Below are positions 1 to 11,267 of a DNA stretch of 64,000 nucleotides, in pieces. Every line of letters starts with the position of its first letter. Position 1 is the first letter of the stretch. The position numbers and the translations under genes are program-made. The stretch covers positions 32,001 through 96,000 of the forward strand of contig CAVRZA010000004.1 of NCBI GenBank assembly GCA_963725665.1. Reading direction: 5' to 3'. The notes beneath the pieces were generated by a model, which saw only the letters and a program-made list of their open reading frames with translations, was not told the origin of the DNA and searched no databases. This DNA comes from an uncultured Actinomycetes bacterium. Its GTDB lineage: Bacteria > Actinomycetota > Thermoleophilia > UBA2241.

Positions 1-4
1 AGGC

Positions 5-512
5 ATGACTGAGAACGGGCTCTACCTCTATCTGGGCGTCTATCCGACGGCGGAGGCCGGCACAGGCTGACTACGAAGACCTCGTGAAGCTGCACCATGA
101 GGGGCTCATCGGTACCTACGACGCCGCGGTCGTCACCAAGGACGCCGAGGGCAAGGTGCACGTGAACAAGCACGAGAAGCCGACGCAGCATGCCGCCTGG
201 AGCGGCATCGGCGTCGGCGCCGTCCTCGGCGTGCTCTTTCCGCCCTCGATCATCGCCACCGCCGTGGTCGGCGGCGTCGCCGGCGGGCTGGTCGGCCACG
301 TCAGGAAGGGCATGTCACGAGCCGACGTCAAGGAGCTCGGCGAGGCCCTGGACGAAGGCCAGGCGGCGCTGCTCGTGGTCGCGCCGCCCGAAGTCGAGGA
401 GCAGGCGGAGCGGATCCTCTCGCGCTCGCGGCAGAGAGTCGTAAAGCAGCTCGACGTCGATCACCACCAGTTCGCCGAGGCGCTCGCGGAGGCCGAGAAG
501 CAGCAGGGCTGA
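5..512 (+). CDS. DUF1269-like membrane protein (frameshift near 58-62)
   Basis: ATG at 5 gives MTENGLYLYLGVYPTAEA; one extra base joins it to the 84-512 frame (YDAAVVTKDAEGKVHV, Gly-rich TM hairpin, ELGEALDEGQAALLVV). Confidence 0.7.
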
Positions 513-655
513 AAGGCGCGTGCTGGGTCAAGACCGCTGCTTGCGCCCTCAGGCGGAGTCGAGCAGCCGCGGCCCGGCGTTCCTCGTGGAAGTCTGTCTC
601 GCATCGTCATCCGTCAGCCACCCGCGGCGTCCTTCTACGGGGCGATGCTGTGGGG

Positions 656-702
656 TATACTGAAGTAGTCACCAATGACTGGAGAAAGTAGTCACAATGA
701 CA
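656..702 (+). promoter_or_regulatory. -10 box and duplicated operator of vapBC
   Basis: TATACT at 656-661, then AAGTAGTCACCAATGACT (663-680) and AAGTAGTCACAATGACA (686-702), each with a GTCA..TGAC dyad. Confidence 0.55.
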
Positions 703-957
703 AGCGTCGGGATCAAGGAGCTCAAAGCCCATCTCAGTCACTACGTCCGCCTCGCCGCTGGCGGTGAGAAGGTCCTGGTCACCGATCGAGGACGCGAGGT
801 TGCCGTGATCTCCTCAGCGGACACGAGTCTGGGAGGCCTGCGCGCGCTGATGGACAGCGGCCGGGTCAAGTGGTCGGGCGGCAAACCGAAGGGGGGACGC
901 GGCGTGCGGGCCAGGGGTGAGCCGGTCGCCAAGACCGTCCTTGACATGCGCGGGTGA
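697..957 (+). CDS. vapB: Phd/YefM-family antitoxin
   Basis: VGIKELKAHLSHYVRLAAGGEKVLVTDRGREVAVI motif; 4-nt overlap with the PIN gene. Confidence 0.85.
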   Translation: MTSVGIKELKAHLSHYVRLAAGGEKVLVTDRGREVAVISSADTSLGGLRALMDSGRVKWSGGKPKGGRGVRARGEPVAKTVLDMRG

Positions 958-1376
958 TCCTCTATCTCGACACGAGCAGCCTGCTCAAGCACTATCTCGA
1001 CGAAGAGCACTCAGACGACGTGCGGGCGTGGACGCAGGCGGCGGACGCGGTCGCGACGTCCCGGGTCTCCCTGCCTGAGGCCGCAGCAGCGCTGACGCGG
1101 CGTCGCCACCGCGGCGATCTCGGCAAGGCTGAGTTCGAGGACGTCCTCGCGTGCATGAGGGCCGACTGGCCTCAGTACGTCAGGGTCGACATCGATGAGC
1201 TGCGAGCTGCCGATGTGGCTGTGCGCCGCGGCCTGCGCGGTTTCGACGCCGTGCAGCTGGCTGCGGCGCTGACGCTGGTCGCGGCGACCGGGCCTGAGCA
1301 ACTCGCCTTCAGCTCGTTCGACGCCGCCCTCAACAGTGCGGCACGTCGTGAGGGAGTGCTAGTGGTAGAGCCATAG
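954..1376 (+). CDS. vapC: PIN-domain toxin
   Basis: YLDTSSLLKHY and LRGFDAVQLAAA motifs. Confidence 0.9.
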   Translation: MILYLDTSSLLKHYLDEEHSDDVRAWTQAADAVATSRVSLPEAAAALTRRRHRGDLGKAEFEDVLACMRADWPQYVRVDIDELRAADVAVRRGLRGFDAVQLAAALTLVAATGPEQLAFSSFDAALNSAARREGVLVVEP

Positions 1377-1474
1377 GCAGCCCGAGGTCCGCGTCCTCCG
1401 GGGGGATTTAGTTGCGCTTCGCCTCCGCAATCGCGTTGGCGGTCTGCCCTTGGCGCGTCGTTCGGAACGAGTCG

Positions 1475-2236
1475 TCACCCCAGGATCAGCCGTTGCGGGT
1501 CGACCTCGGTGCGCAGGATCTCGAGCTCGCGCGCGGTGGGAGGCTCCGCCTCGACCGCGCGCGAGACGTCGAGCGCGAAGCCCGTGTTCTCGACGATCTC
1601 CTCGACCGCGACGCCGGGGTAGCGCTCGGCGAGGTACATCTCCTTCGTCTCATCGTCGAACTTCAGGACGCAGAGGTTGGTGACGACGGCGATCGGCCCG
1701 CCGCGCCGGTAGCCGGCGCGGCGCCGCGAGTCGCCGCCGTCGAGCCAGCCGGGCGTCGTCAGGTAGTCCAGCTTCTCCACGAACTTCTGCCTGCCGTGCT
1801 GCATGAAGACGATGTAGCCGCTCGCCAGCGAGCCCGCGTCGCAGGCGCCGCCGCTGCCCGAGAAACGCACCGTGGGGTGGTGGTAGTCGCCGATGACGGT
1901 CGAGTTCATGTTGCCGTAGCTGTCGATCTGCGCCGCGCCGAGGAAGGCGATGGTGTGCAGGCGGCGGTTGGCGACGTAGGAGAAGGCCTCGATGAGGCCG
2001 GCGTTCAGGTTCGCGTAGGCCATCACGCGCGTGTCGGAAACGGCCATCGGCAGCTCGTCGAGCTGCGGTCCGATGCCGCCGGTCTCGAAGAAGACCGTGG
2101 CGTGCGGGGCGTGGATGCGCTTGGCGACCGTGGCCGCCAGCATGGCGACGCCGGTGCCGGCGAAGAGCACGTCGCCGTCGTTGATGAAGCGGCCGGCGGC
2201 GATGGCCATCATCTCGCGCGGAGTGTAGGCGCTCAT
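1475..2236 (-). CDS. Family I CoA-transferase beta subunit (GctB-like)
   Basis: FFETGG with catalytic Glu, LGAAQIDSYGNMNST, GSGGACD. Confidence 0.85.
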   Translation of the reverse strand: MSAYTPREMMAIAAGRFINDGDVLFAGTGVAMLAATVAKRIHAPHATVFFETGGIGPQLDELPMAVSDTRVMAYANLNAGLIEAFSYVANRRLHTIAFLGAAQIDSYGNMNSTVIGDYHHPTVRFSGSGGACDAGSLASGYIVFMQHGRQKFVEKLDYLTTPGWLDGGDSRRRAGYRRGGPIAVVTNLCVLKFDDETKEMYLAERYPGVAVEEIVENTGFALDVSRAVEAEPPTARELEILRTEVDPQRLILG

Positions 2237-2240
2237 GCCC

Positions 2241-3215
2241 TCACCTCCGGTCGAGACCGGGCGCGTAGCCGGCCACGGTGTTGGCCCTGATGCGCGCGAG
2301 CTGAGCGCCGCCGACCTTGTCGAGGTAGTCGTCGCGGCTGTTTACGCTGTAGATCCACTCCTCGAGATAGGCGGCCCACTGCTCGTCGTCCTGGGCCGCC
2401 TTCTTGTAGAGGTTCAGGTGCGCCGGGTCGTAGTCGTAGAAGTAGGGGCAGGCGGTCGGGTGCGCGCCGTAGGGCACGCACACGACCGCGTCGACGAGGA
2501 ACGGCGGCAGCGCGTTCTGGTCGGGGTCGAGGCGCAGGTACTGCTCGGGCACGATCTCCTCGCACGAGACGATCACGGCGCTGGCGGCCTTCGACTGTTC
2601 GAGGTCGGCGAAGGTGAGGCCCTTGACGCGCACCGTGCCGTCCGTCGAGACCTGCTGAGCGTGGATGAGCGACACGTCTGGCTGCAGCGCGGGGAGGAGG
2701 ACGACCTCGTCGTCGGGGTTGCCGAACGGGTCGTCGATGACGATCGCCTTCTTGCGCGCCACGCCGTCCTCGCCGCGGATCTCGGGCGAGAAGCCCTCCT
2801 GGTTGAGCACGTCGGTGCCCAGGCCGGACTTGCTGGGGATGAAGGGCACGTTCAGCGAGCCGGCGAGGAAGCGCAGACTCATCTGGTTGTTGGTGTAGTC
2901 CTCGACCTCGACCTCGCCCCGCTCCACGGCCTTGCGGAAGCGCACGCACGTGGGCGCGAAGCGTCCGTTGCCGCCGTACGCGATCTCGATGCGGCGCACG
3001 CAGCCGGCGCCGACGAGCACGTCGAGCGCCTGTCCGTTGGAGTGCGCCACGAGGTGCAGGTCGGTGATGCGCTGGCGTGCGATCTCGTAGACGAGGGCCA
3101 TCGGGTTGCGGTTGATGGTGAAGCCGCCGAGCGCGATCTGTGCGCCGCTTCTGACGAAGCGGCGCACCGCCTCGCTCGGCGTCATGAGCTTGTCGAGCAC
3201 GGGTTCGGGGCTCAC
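2241..3215 (-). CDS. Family I CoA-transferase alpha subunit (GctA-like)
   Basis: IALGGFTINRNPMALVYEIARQ, PDVSLIHAQ, PYGAHPTAC; GTG start after a purine-rich RBS. Confidence 0.85.
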   Translation of the reverse strand: MSPEPVLDKLMTPSEAVRRFVRSGAQIALGGFTINRNPMALVYEIARQRITDLHLVAHSNGQALDVLVGAGCVRRIEIAYGGNGRFAPTCVRFRKAVERGEVEVEDYTNNQMSLRFLAGSLNVPFIPSKSGLGTDVLNQEGFSPEIRGEDGVARKKAIVIDDPFGNPDDEVVLLPALQPDVSLIHAQQVSTDGTVRVKGLTFADLEQSKAASAVIVSCEEIVPEQYLRLDPDQNALPPFLVDAVVCVPYGAHPTACPYFYDYDPAHLNLYKKAAQDDEQWAAYLEEWIYSVNSRDDYLDKVGGAQLARIRANTVAGYAPGLDRR

Positions 3216-3483
3216 GATCCTTCCCCCCGATCTGACGCCCAAGTCCTCGTCATGGATGCTGGCTGCGTTACCTCTCCCATCGCGTCCCTCCCTCTAAGAC
3301 GACGACTGCGCACGAACGGCGCACGCAGAGGTGGCGACCTCCCAGAAGCGACGAAAGCCTCCAGGAACGGCGCGTCCGCGCGCCACCGCTGGAGGCTCGC
3401 AGCCGCTGTGGCCGGCACGTCGGTGTCGGCCGAGGCCGCGGGTGCAGCGCGGCAATGATACTCCCTTTGCTAGACTACGCGCC

Positions 3484-3876
3484 ATGAACAGCTTTCTGTT
3501 CTCCGGCTACGCGCGGTTGCCGCAGGATGTCTCTCACCAGGCTCTCTACAAGCGCGTCGGGGTCGTCGTCGAGGTCGACCAGAAGGGGCGCATCATCCAC
3601 TGTTCGTGCACCCTCATCATGGACCTCGCGCGCGACTTCCTGAATCGCCTGCTCGCGGGCCGTTCGGTGATCACTGAGCGCGACGTGATCGAGAGCGAGC
3701 TGCGCTACCGCTACCGCGGACACTCGCAGAGCGCCCTTATCTTCGCCTTGCGCAAGGTCTTCGAGGCCGTCGACCAGTCGCCGCTCGTGCTCGGCGAGGC
3801 CGCCGACGGGGCCGAGGGCGACCAGAACAGCCGGTCGTCTCGCGGTGTGCAGGCCAGCCAGCAGGCGCCCGCCTAG
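3484..3876 (+). CDS. DUF3870-like protein
   Basis: FSGYARLPQD, CSCTL and RYRGHSQSALIFAL pattern. Confidence 0.6.
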   Translation: MNSFLFSGYARLPQDVSHQALYKRVGVVVEVDQKGRIIHCSCTLIMDLARDFLNRLLAGRSVITERDVIESELRYRYRGHSQSALIFALRKVFEAVDQSPLVLGEAADGAEGDQNSRSSRGVQASQQAPA

Positions 3877-4210
3877 AGACCGACCGCGCTCACCCGTTTT
3901 GCTCGCCAGCTTGAGCTCTTGGTCGTCGTCCTGCCTAGTGCTCCGAGCCACCGCGGCGCAGTGCTTGCCGGCTTCTGCACCCGAGCGGCGCACGACGACC
4001 TCCCGGCTGTCGACGTCGTCCCCAGGGCCACCTCGTACGGCTCCTTGTCTTCGCACACTGGGCAGGGCTTACCCGTTGTTGACAGGGACGCGAACCGCCA
4101 CATAGGGTAGATTCTCATTAAAGCGCATAGAAATTATCATGAATCGCCCTCGGATTGGGAAGACTGTGGCTGCATCACCTGCCACGGGTCAACGACAAGG
4201 ACAGGAGAGC

Positions 4211-5158
4211 ATGGCCATCGCGGACAACATCTCGGATCTGATAGGTAGCACGCCACTCGTGCGCCTGCGGCGGGCGTCGGAGGAGACGGGTGCGATGATC
4301 GTCGGCAAGCTGGAGTCGTTCAATCCCGGTGGGAGCGTGAAGGACAGGATCGGCCTGTCGATGATCGACGCCGCCGAGAAGGCCGGGGTCATCACGCCGG
4401 GCAAGACGACGCTCATCGAGCCGACTAGCGGCAACACCGGCATCGCGCTGGCCATGGTGGCCGCTGCACGTGGCTACCACCTGGTGTTGACCATGCCCGA
4501 GACCATGTCCATCGAGCGTCGCAGCCTTCTCAAGGCCTACGGCGCCGCGCTCATCCTCACCCCCGGCGCGCAGGGGATGAAAGGGGCCATTGCGAAGGCC
4601 GATGAGCTGCTGGCAGAGACGCCGGACTCGTTCGTGCCGCAACAGTTCGAAAACCCGGCCAACCCTGAGGTGCACCGTCAGACGACAGCGGAGGAGGTCT
4701 GGCGGGATACCGACGGCAAGGTCGACATCTTCGTCGCTGCTGTCGGGACGGGAGGCACGATCACGGGTGTAGGTGAGGTCATCAAGGCGCGCAAGCCGGG
4801 CTTCTTGGTCATAGCCGCCGAGCCCGACGCGTCGCCTGTGCTCTCCGGTGGGGAGCCCGGGCCGCACAAGATCCAGGGGACCGGAGCCGGCTTCGTGCCC
4901 AAGGTCCTCAACACCGACATCTACGACGAGATCATCCGCGTGCCCAACGAGGTCGCCTTCGAGACGGCGCGCAGGTTGGCTACCGAGGAAGGCATCCTCG
5001 TCGGCATCTCCGCCGGGGCCAACGTGTGGGCGGCCACACAGGTGGGCCTGCGCTCCGAGCACGAGGGCAAGCTGATCGTGACCGTTCTCTGCGATACCGG
5101 GGAGCGCTACCTATCCACCCCGCTGTTCACAGAGCCCGAGGAGACGGCCAGCCCGTAG
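4211..5158 (+). CDS. cysK: Cysteine synthase A
   Basis: [13 protein letters not shown] (PLP Lys), [22 protein letters not shown]. Confidence 0.95.
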   Translation: MAIADNISDLIGSTPLVRLRRASEETGAMIVGKLESFNPGGSVKDRIGLSMIDAAEKAGVITPGKTTLIEPTSGNTGIALAMVAAARGYHLVLTMPETMSIERRSLLKAYGAALILTPGAQGMKGAIAKADELLAETPDSFVPQQFENPANPEVHRQTTAEEVWRDTDGKVDIFVAAVGTGGTITGVGEVIKARKPGFLVIAAEPDASPVLSGGEPGPHKIQGTGAGFVPKVLNTDIYDEIIRVPNEVAFETARRLATEEGILVGISAGANVWAATQVGLRSEHEGKLIVTVLCDTGERYLSTPLFTEPEETASP

Positions 5159-5236
5159 GGACGGTGGTCAGGGCCGCGCTGTCGGCGCCACGATTGCGGG
5201 GGTGCTGGCCGACTGGCTAAGGTCGCCAGCAGCAGA

Positions 5237-6672
<1,436 letters not shown>

Positions 6673-6763
6673 GCGCCAAGCATACGTGAACGGGAAACGG
6701 TTGCGGGAACGAGGCTCGCCGGGCAAGAGGACTCTCATCCGTAGTACTGGCAAGGGAGTCTCC

Positions 6764-7062
6764 ATGTCCGCGATCAGCGCACCCCGCGCCGACCTCTCAG
6801 GGTACGTCGCGCGCGCGGCTACAACCTCATGGCCGTCGCACTCCTCTTCCTCGGCGCCCTCGCCGTAGCCGCGGTGGTCCTGCAGGTGATCGGCGTCATC
6901 GCGGAACGGTCCGACTCGGCGGAGCCGCGCGACAACATCGGCGGCATGATCCTGTACGTGCCGCTGCTGGTATTCCTCCTCATGCAGTACTCGCGCACGC
7001 GCGACATACTCGATCGGGCGGAGGTCGAGGAAGGCCGGCTGATCCAGTTCCCAGCCGCCTGA
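6764..7062 (+). CDS. Small two-TM membrane protein (probable frameshift near 6810)
   Basis: GGGAG RBS with ATG 6764; hydrophobic segments in the 6829-7062 frame. Confidence 0.4.
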
Positions 7063-7346
7063 GCGGGGGATGCGCGGGCGGCGGCGCGCATCTTGCGCGC
7101 CGCCGCCCGCCTTACGATAGAATGCAACCGCTGCACGAATAGCTTGGTCCGCGGTACCGTCTCTGCCGCTCCGTCTTCGGCTATGAGCCTCCAGCAAGCG
7201 CAGAAGCGTGCCCTGGAGGCTTCGTCTTTTCTTGGGGCAACGACCGGGACCGCTCCGCCGCGGGCGGTCTTTCGCGAGCGGCCAGCGCGCCTGCCGGCGC
7301 GCGCCGCTCGCCAACGCATAGGGTGTCTCGGCGAGAGAGGAGCAGC

Positions 7347-8576
7347 ATGGACTTCAGGTACACCACCGAGCAGGAGCTCTACCGTCAGTCGATCCGTGAG
7401 TGGCTGAGCAAGAATCTCGAGCCGCGGGCGCGCGAGATCGACGAGAAAGAAGACGGCATCCCCGACGACATCACCGCCGGCATGGCCGAGCTGGGGATGT
7501 TCGGCGTCACCATCCCGGAGCAGTACGGCGGCTTCGCCGTGCCCGGCGAGGAGCTCATCTACGCGATGATCACCGTGCACGAGATCGCGCGCGCCGACCT
7601 CTCGATGAGCACACCCGTCTACACGCTGCTCACCATCGGCTGGTCGTACCTGGTGAACAAGTACGGCACGGAGGAGCTCAAGCAGGAGCTACTGCCGGCC
7701 GTCGCAGAGGGCAAGGCGTTCGCGGGCATCAATACGACCGAGCCCGGCGGCGGTTCCGACCTCGCCGCCATCAAGACGACGGCGCTCTGGGACGAGGCGA
7801 AGAAGGCCTACCTGCTCAACGGCGAGAAGGCCTACGTCTCGGGTCCCAAGGAGTGCATGAAGTGGGGCGCCCCCAGCGGTCACTGCACGCTCGTCATCAC
7901 CCACCCCTCGGCCGGCTACAAGGGCATGACGTTCATCTGGGTGCCGGCGCACCTCGACGGCATCACGTGGACCGTCTACAAGGACATGGGCCGCATGGGT
8001 CTCTCGACCGGCGGCTGGATCTACAAGGACGTGGCGCTCTCGCCGCACTACGTGCTCGGCGAGGAGGGCAGGGGCTTCTACGTCCTCATGGACGGCTTCA
8101 ACGCCGCGCGCATCCTCGTGGCCTCGGCTTGCCTCGGCGGCGCCGAGAAAGCGCTCGAGATCAGCGGCGAGTACACCGCGCAGCGCCAGACCTTCGGCAA
8201 GCCGCTGGGCAAGTGGGAGGGCATCTCTTTCGAGATGGCCGACGACTGGATGCAGCTCGACATGCTCAAGCTGAACCTGCAGCGCGCCGCCTGGATGTAC
8301 GGTTACGAGCAGGAGAACCCCGGCTCGTTCAGCCGCAAGGACATCAACCGCATCGTCGCCACCTGCAAGTGTCTCTCCCCATCGCTCACGCACGACATCG
8401 CCCGCCACGGCATGATGTACCACGGCGCCTTCGGCTACACGAGGGAGACGCCGCTCGAGATGCTGCTGCGCGGTGTCATGAGCTACGAGGTCGGTGCTGA
8501 GGGTGGCCTCATGATCATGCGCGGCATCATCGCCCGCGACACCTGGGGCGACACGCACAACCCGTTCAAGGAATAG
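7347..8576 (+). CDS. Acyl-CoA dehydrogenase
   Basis: IPEQYGG, TEPGGGSD, LNGEKAYVS, RQTFGKPL, HGAFGY. Confidence 0.93.
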   Translation: MDFRYTTEQELYRQSIREWLSKNLEPRAREIDEKEDGIPDDITAGMAELGMFGVTIPEQYGGFAVPGEELIYAMITVHEIARADLSMSTPVYTLLTIGWSYLVNKYGTEELKQELLPAVAEGKAFAGINTTEPGGGSDLAAIKTTALWDEAKKAYLLNGEKAYVSGPKECMKWGAPSGHCTLVITHPSAGYKGMTFIWVPAHLDGITWTVYKDMGRMGLSTGGWIYKDVALSPHYVLGEEGRGFYVLMDGFNAARILVASACLGGAEKALEISGEYTAQRQTFGKPLGKWEGISFEMADDWMQLDMLKLNLQRAAWMYGYEQENPGSFSRKDINRIVATCKCLSPSLTHDIARHGMMYHGAFGYTRETPLEMLLRGVMSYEVGAEGGLMIMRGIIARDTWGDTHNPFKE

Positions 8577-8646
8577 CTCGGGACGGTCCGGCTGATCCGC
8601 AATCGTCAACCAGATGTCCGACTCCGATCACCTGAGGTGGTGAGCT

Positions 8647-10068
8647 ATGGAGAAGGTTGAGTGCATCGTCGTCGGTGGCGGCCTCGCCGGCTTGTCGGCG
8701 GCGTACGGACTTGCATCCGAAGGGCTCGAGGTCATGCTCCTCGAGCGGGGCGACTACGCCGGCGCGAAGAACGTCACCGGCGGCCGCCTCTACCTGAGTC
8801 CGATCCGGAGCATCTATCCGGAGCTCTGGGAGGCGGCCGCCGAGGCCCCCTTCGAGCGCCCGGTCGTACGCGAGCTCGTGACGATGATGAGTCCCGGGGC
8901 GCAGACGACGGTAGAGATCGCCTCCGACCGCTTCGGCGGCGCGCGCCCGCAGTCGTACACGGTCGTGCGGGCGCGCTTCGACCAGTGGCTCGCCGACAAG
9001 GTGACCGAGAAGGGCGTCATGGTGGTGCCCAAGATGAAGGTCGACGAGCTGCTCGTTGAGCCCTCTGAGGCGGGCGCACCGGAGGCTCCCGTCGGCGGGA
9101 CTGTCCCGGTGGCAGCAGGGTCGGACGCGACCGGCGCGTCGGTCTCTGTCGGCGGTGAGGACGCCGTCCCCGCCGCCGGCCGGCGCCGCAAGGTCATCGG
9201 CATCCGCGCCGGCGGTGACGAGATCGGCGCCGACGTAGTGGTCGTCGCCGAGGGTGCGCTCGGGCTGCTGGCGAGCGCAGCGGGTCTGCGCGAGGAACCG
9301 CAGGCCGAAGACTACGCGCTGGGCTACAAGGAGGTCATCGAGCTTCCCTCGGGCACGATCGAGGACCGCTGGCACCTGAACCCCGGCGAGGGTGCCGCGC
9401 AACTCTTCATGGGCTCGCTCACGAGGGGCATGACCGGTGGCGGCTTCCTCTACACCAACAGGGACTCGATCTCGCTCGGCATCGTCGTCGCCATGCACCA
9501 GATGAAGAGCCGTAGCGACGAGCTCGAGAGCTGGCAGCTCCTCGACGAGTTCAAGGAGGTCGCGCAGATCAAGCCGCTTCTGGCCGGCGGGACGGTGGCC
9601 GAGTACTCGGCGCACGCCATCCCCGAGGGCGGCATCGAGAAGGTGCCGCCGCTCTGCGGCGACGGCTACCTGCTCGTCGGCGACGCCGCGGGCCTCTCGC
9701 TGAACGCCCTCGTCACTGTGCGCGGCATGGACTTCGCGATCGCCTCGGGCTACTACGCCGCGAAGGCGATCGCCGCCGCCAAGAAGGCGGGCGACTTCTC
9801 GGCCGCTCGGCTCGCTCAGTACGAGGCCGCGTTGAGCTCTAGCTTCGTGCTCCAAGACCTGCAGACTGCGCGGGCCTATCCACAGATCATCGAGAACCCG
9901 CGCCTCTTCACGCGCTACCCCGAGCTCGTCTCACGCCTCCTGCAGGACGTGTACACCGTCGGGCCTGGTCCCACGGCCGGCCTCGTGAAGAAGGCTCTGC
10001 GCAACGTGCGCGGCGATCTCATCAGGCCGTCGACGTGGCGCGACGCCTGGAAGATGAGGAAGCTGTGA
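8647..10068 (+). CDS. fixC: FixC-type FAD-dependent ETF oxidoreductase
   Basis: IVVGGGLAG, ERGDYAGAKNVTGG, GGGFLYTN, VGDAAG, RGMDFAIASG. Confidence 0.9.
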   Translation: MEKVECIVVGGGLAGLSAAYGLASEGLEVMLLERGDYAGAKNVTGGRLYLSPIRSIYPELWEAAAEAPFERPVVRELVTMMSPGAQTTVEIASDRFGGARPQSYTVVRARFDQWLADKVTEKGVMVVPKMKVDELLVEPSEAGAPEAPVGGTVPVAAGSDATGASVSVGGEDAVPAAGRRRKVIGIRAGGDEIGADVVVVAEGALGLLASAAGLREEPQAEDYALGYKEVIELPSGTIEDRWHLNPGEGAAQLFMGSLTRGMTGGGFLYTNRDSISLGIVVAMHQMKSRSDELESWQLLDEFKEVAQIKPLLAGGTVAEYSAHAIPEGGIEKVPPLCGDGYLLVGDAAGLSLNALVTVRGMDFAIASGYYAAKAIAAAKKAGDFSAARLAQYEAALSSSFVLQDLQTARAYPQIIENPRLFTRYPELVSRLLQDVYTVGPGPTAGLVKKALRNVRGDLIRPSTWRDAWKMRKL

Positions 10069-10144
10069 GCGGGAGCGACGCGCGGGAGATGGGGAAGCTG
10101 TGAGCGGGCGCGACACCCGAGAGACGAGGAAACCATGAGCGAGA
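10040..10144 (+). repeat. Three degenerate 35-bp tandem repeats across the fixC/fixX junction
   Basis: GCGACGCCTGGAAGATGAGGAAGCTGTGAGCGGGA / GCGACGCGCGGGAGATGGGGAAGCTGTGAGCGGGC / GCGACACCCGAGAGACGAGGAAACCATGAGCGAGA. Confidence 0.8.
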
Positions 10145-10428
10145 CGGTCAGGATGAGCGTCGACGCCAAGCTCGGCCTCGACGTGTTCAAACTGGACAAG
10201 GAGCCGCACATCGCGATCCACAACGAGGTGTGCGAAGCGAAGTGCAAGACGAAGCCGTGCCTGTATGTCTGCCCCGCCGACCTCTACGAGCTAGACGATC
10301 AGGGGCAGATGACGGTCAACTGGGAGGGCTGCCTGGAGTGTGGCACGTGCCTGATCTGTTGCGAGCACGACGCACTGGAGTGGAAGTACCCGCGCGGCGA
10401 GTTCGGCGTGCAGTACCGGATGAGCTGA
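10135..10428 (+). CDS. fixX: Ferredoxin-like FixX
   Basis: CLYVCPADLY, GCLECGTC, WKYPRGEFGVQYR. Confidence 0.92.
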   Translation: MSETVRMSVDAKLGLDVFKLDKEPHIAIHNEVCEAKCKTKPCLYVCPADLYELDDQGQMTVNWEGCLECGTCLICCEHDALEWKYPRGEFGVQYRMS

Positions 10429-10485
10429 GCGCGCCGAGACCGAGGGTGAGGAGGCCAGTGACGACAAGGAGTGAGGGGTGGTGAC

Positions 10486-11265
10486 ATGGACATCGTCGTC
10501 TGCGTGAAGACGAATCCCGACCTGCAGATGATCCGCATCAAGGATCGCCACCCCGTCATGGAGGCGATCCCCTACAAGGTCGGCGACCTGGAGAAGAACG
10601 CGCTCGAAGCGGCGATCCAGATCCGCGACGCGGTGGGCGGCAAGGTGATCGCCCTGACCGTCTCGGAGGGCAACCGCAAGGTCAGGGAGACGATGAAGGA
10701 GGCGCTGGCGATCGGCGCCGACGAGGCCGTCATCGTGAACGATGACGGCCTCGAAGCGACTGACCAGGCGGGTGTGGCCCTGACCTTGGCCAAGGCGATC
10801 GGCAAGCTCGACCACTACGACCTGGTGCTCTTCGGCGAGGGATCGACCGACGGCTACTCGGGGCAGGTCGGGCCGCGCGTGGCCGAGCTGCTGGGGATCC
10901 CCGAGATCGGCTACGCGCGCAAGGTCGAGGCCGGCGGCGCCGGCGTGCGTGCCGAGCGCAGCATGGAGGACGATATCGAGGTCCTCGAGGCGCCGCTGCC
11001 GGCGGCGGTGACGGTCGTGAGCGAGATCAACGAGCCGCGCATCCCGTCGCTGATGCAGATCATGAAGGCGGGCTCCAAGCCGGTCGCCGAGTGGGGACTG
11101 GCCGACCTGGGGATCGGGCCGGCGGCCATCGGGCGCCTGAGCAAGGTGGTCTCGAACCTGGCCGAGGAGCAGGACCGCAAGCACATCGTGTTCGAGGGCG
11201 GCCCGGCCGAGCAGGCCGAGGCGCTTGTCAACGCCCTCATCAAGGAAGGCGTCCTAGGGAGGTGA
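10486..11265 (+). CDS. fixA: Electron transfer flavoprotein beta subunit (FixA/EtfB)
   Basis: MDIVVCVK, ALAIGADEA, GEGSTDGYSGQVG, INEPRIPSL. Confidence 0.9.
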   Translation: MDIVVCVKTNPDLQMIRIKDRHPVMEAIPYKVGDLEKNALEAAIQIRDAVGGKVIALTVSEGNRKVRETMKEALAIGADEAVIVNDDGLEATDQAGVALTLAKAIGKLDHYDLVLFGEGSTDGYSGQVGPRVAELLGIPEIGYARKVEAGGAGVRAERSMEDDIEVLEAPLPAAVTVVSEINEPRIPSLMQIMKAGSKPVAEWGLADLGIGPAAIGRLSKVVSNLAEEQDRKHIVFEGGPAEQAEALVNALIKEGVLGR

Positions 11266-11267
11266 CC

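Noticed and set aside
68-70. In-frame TGA as selenocysteine in the first gene
   Set aside because: Coding continues in another frame, so a one-base indel explains it
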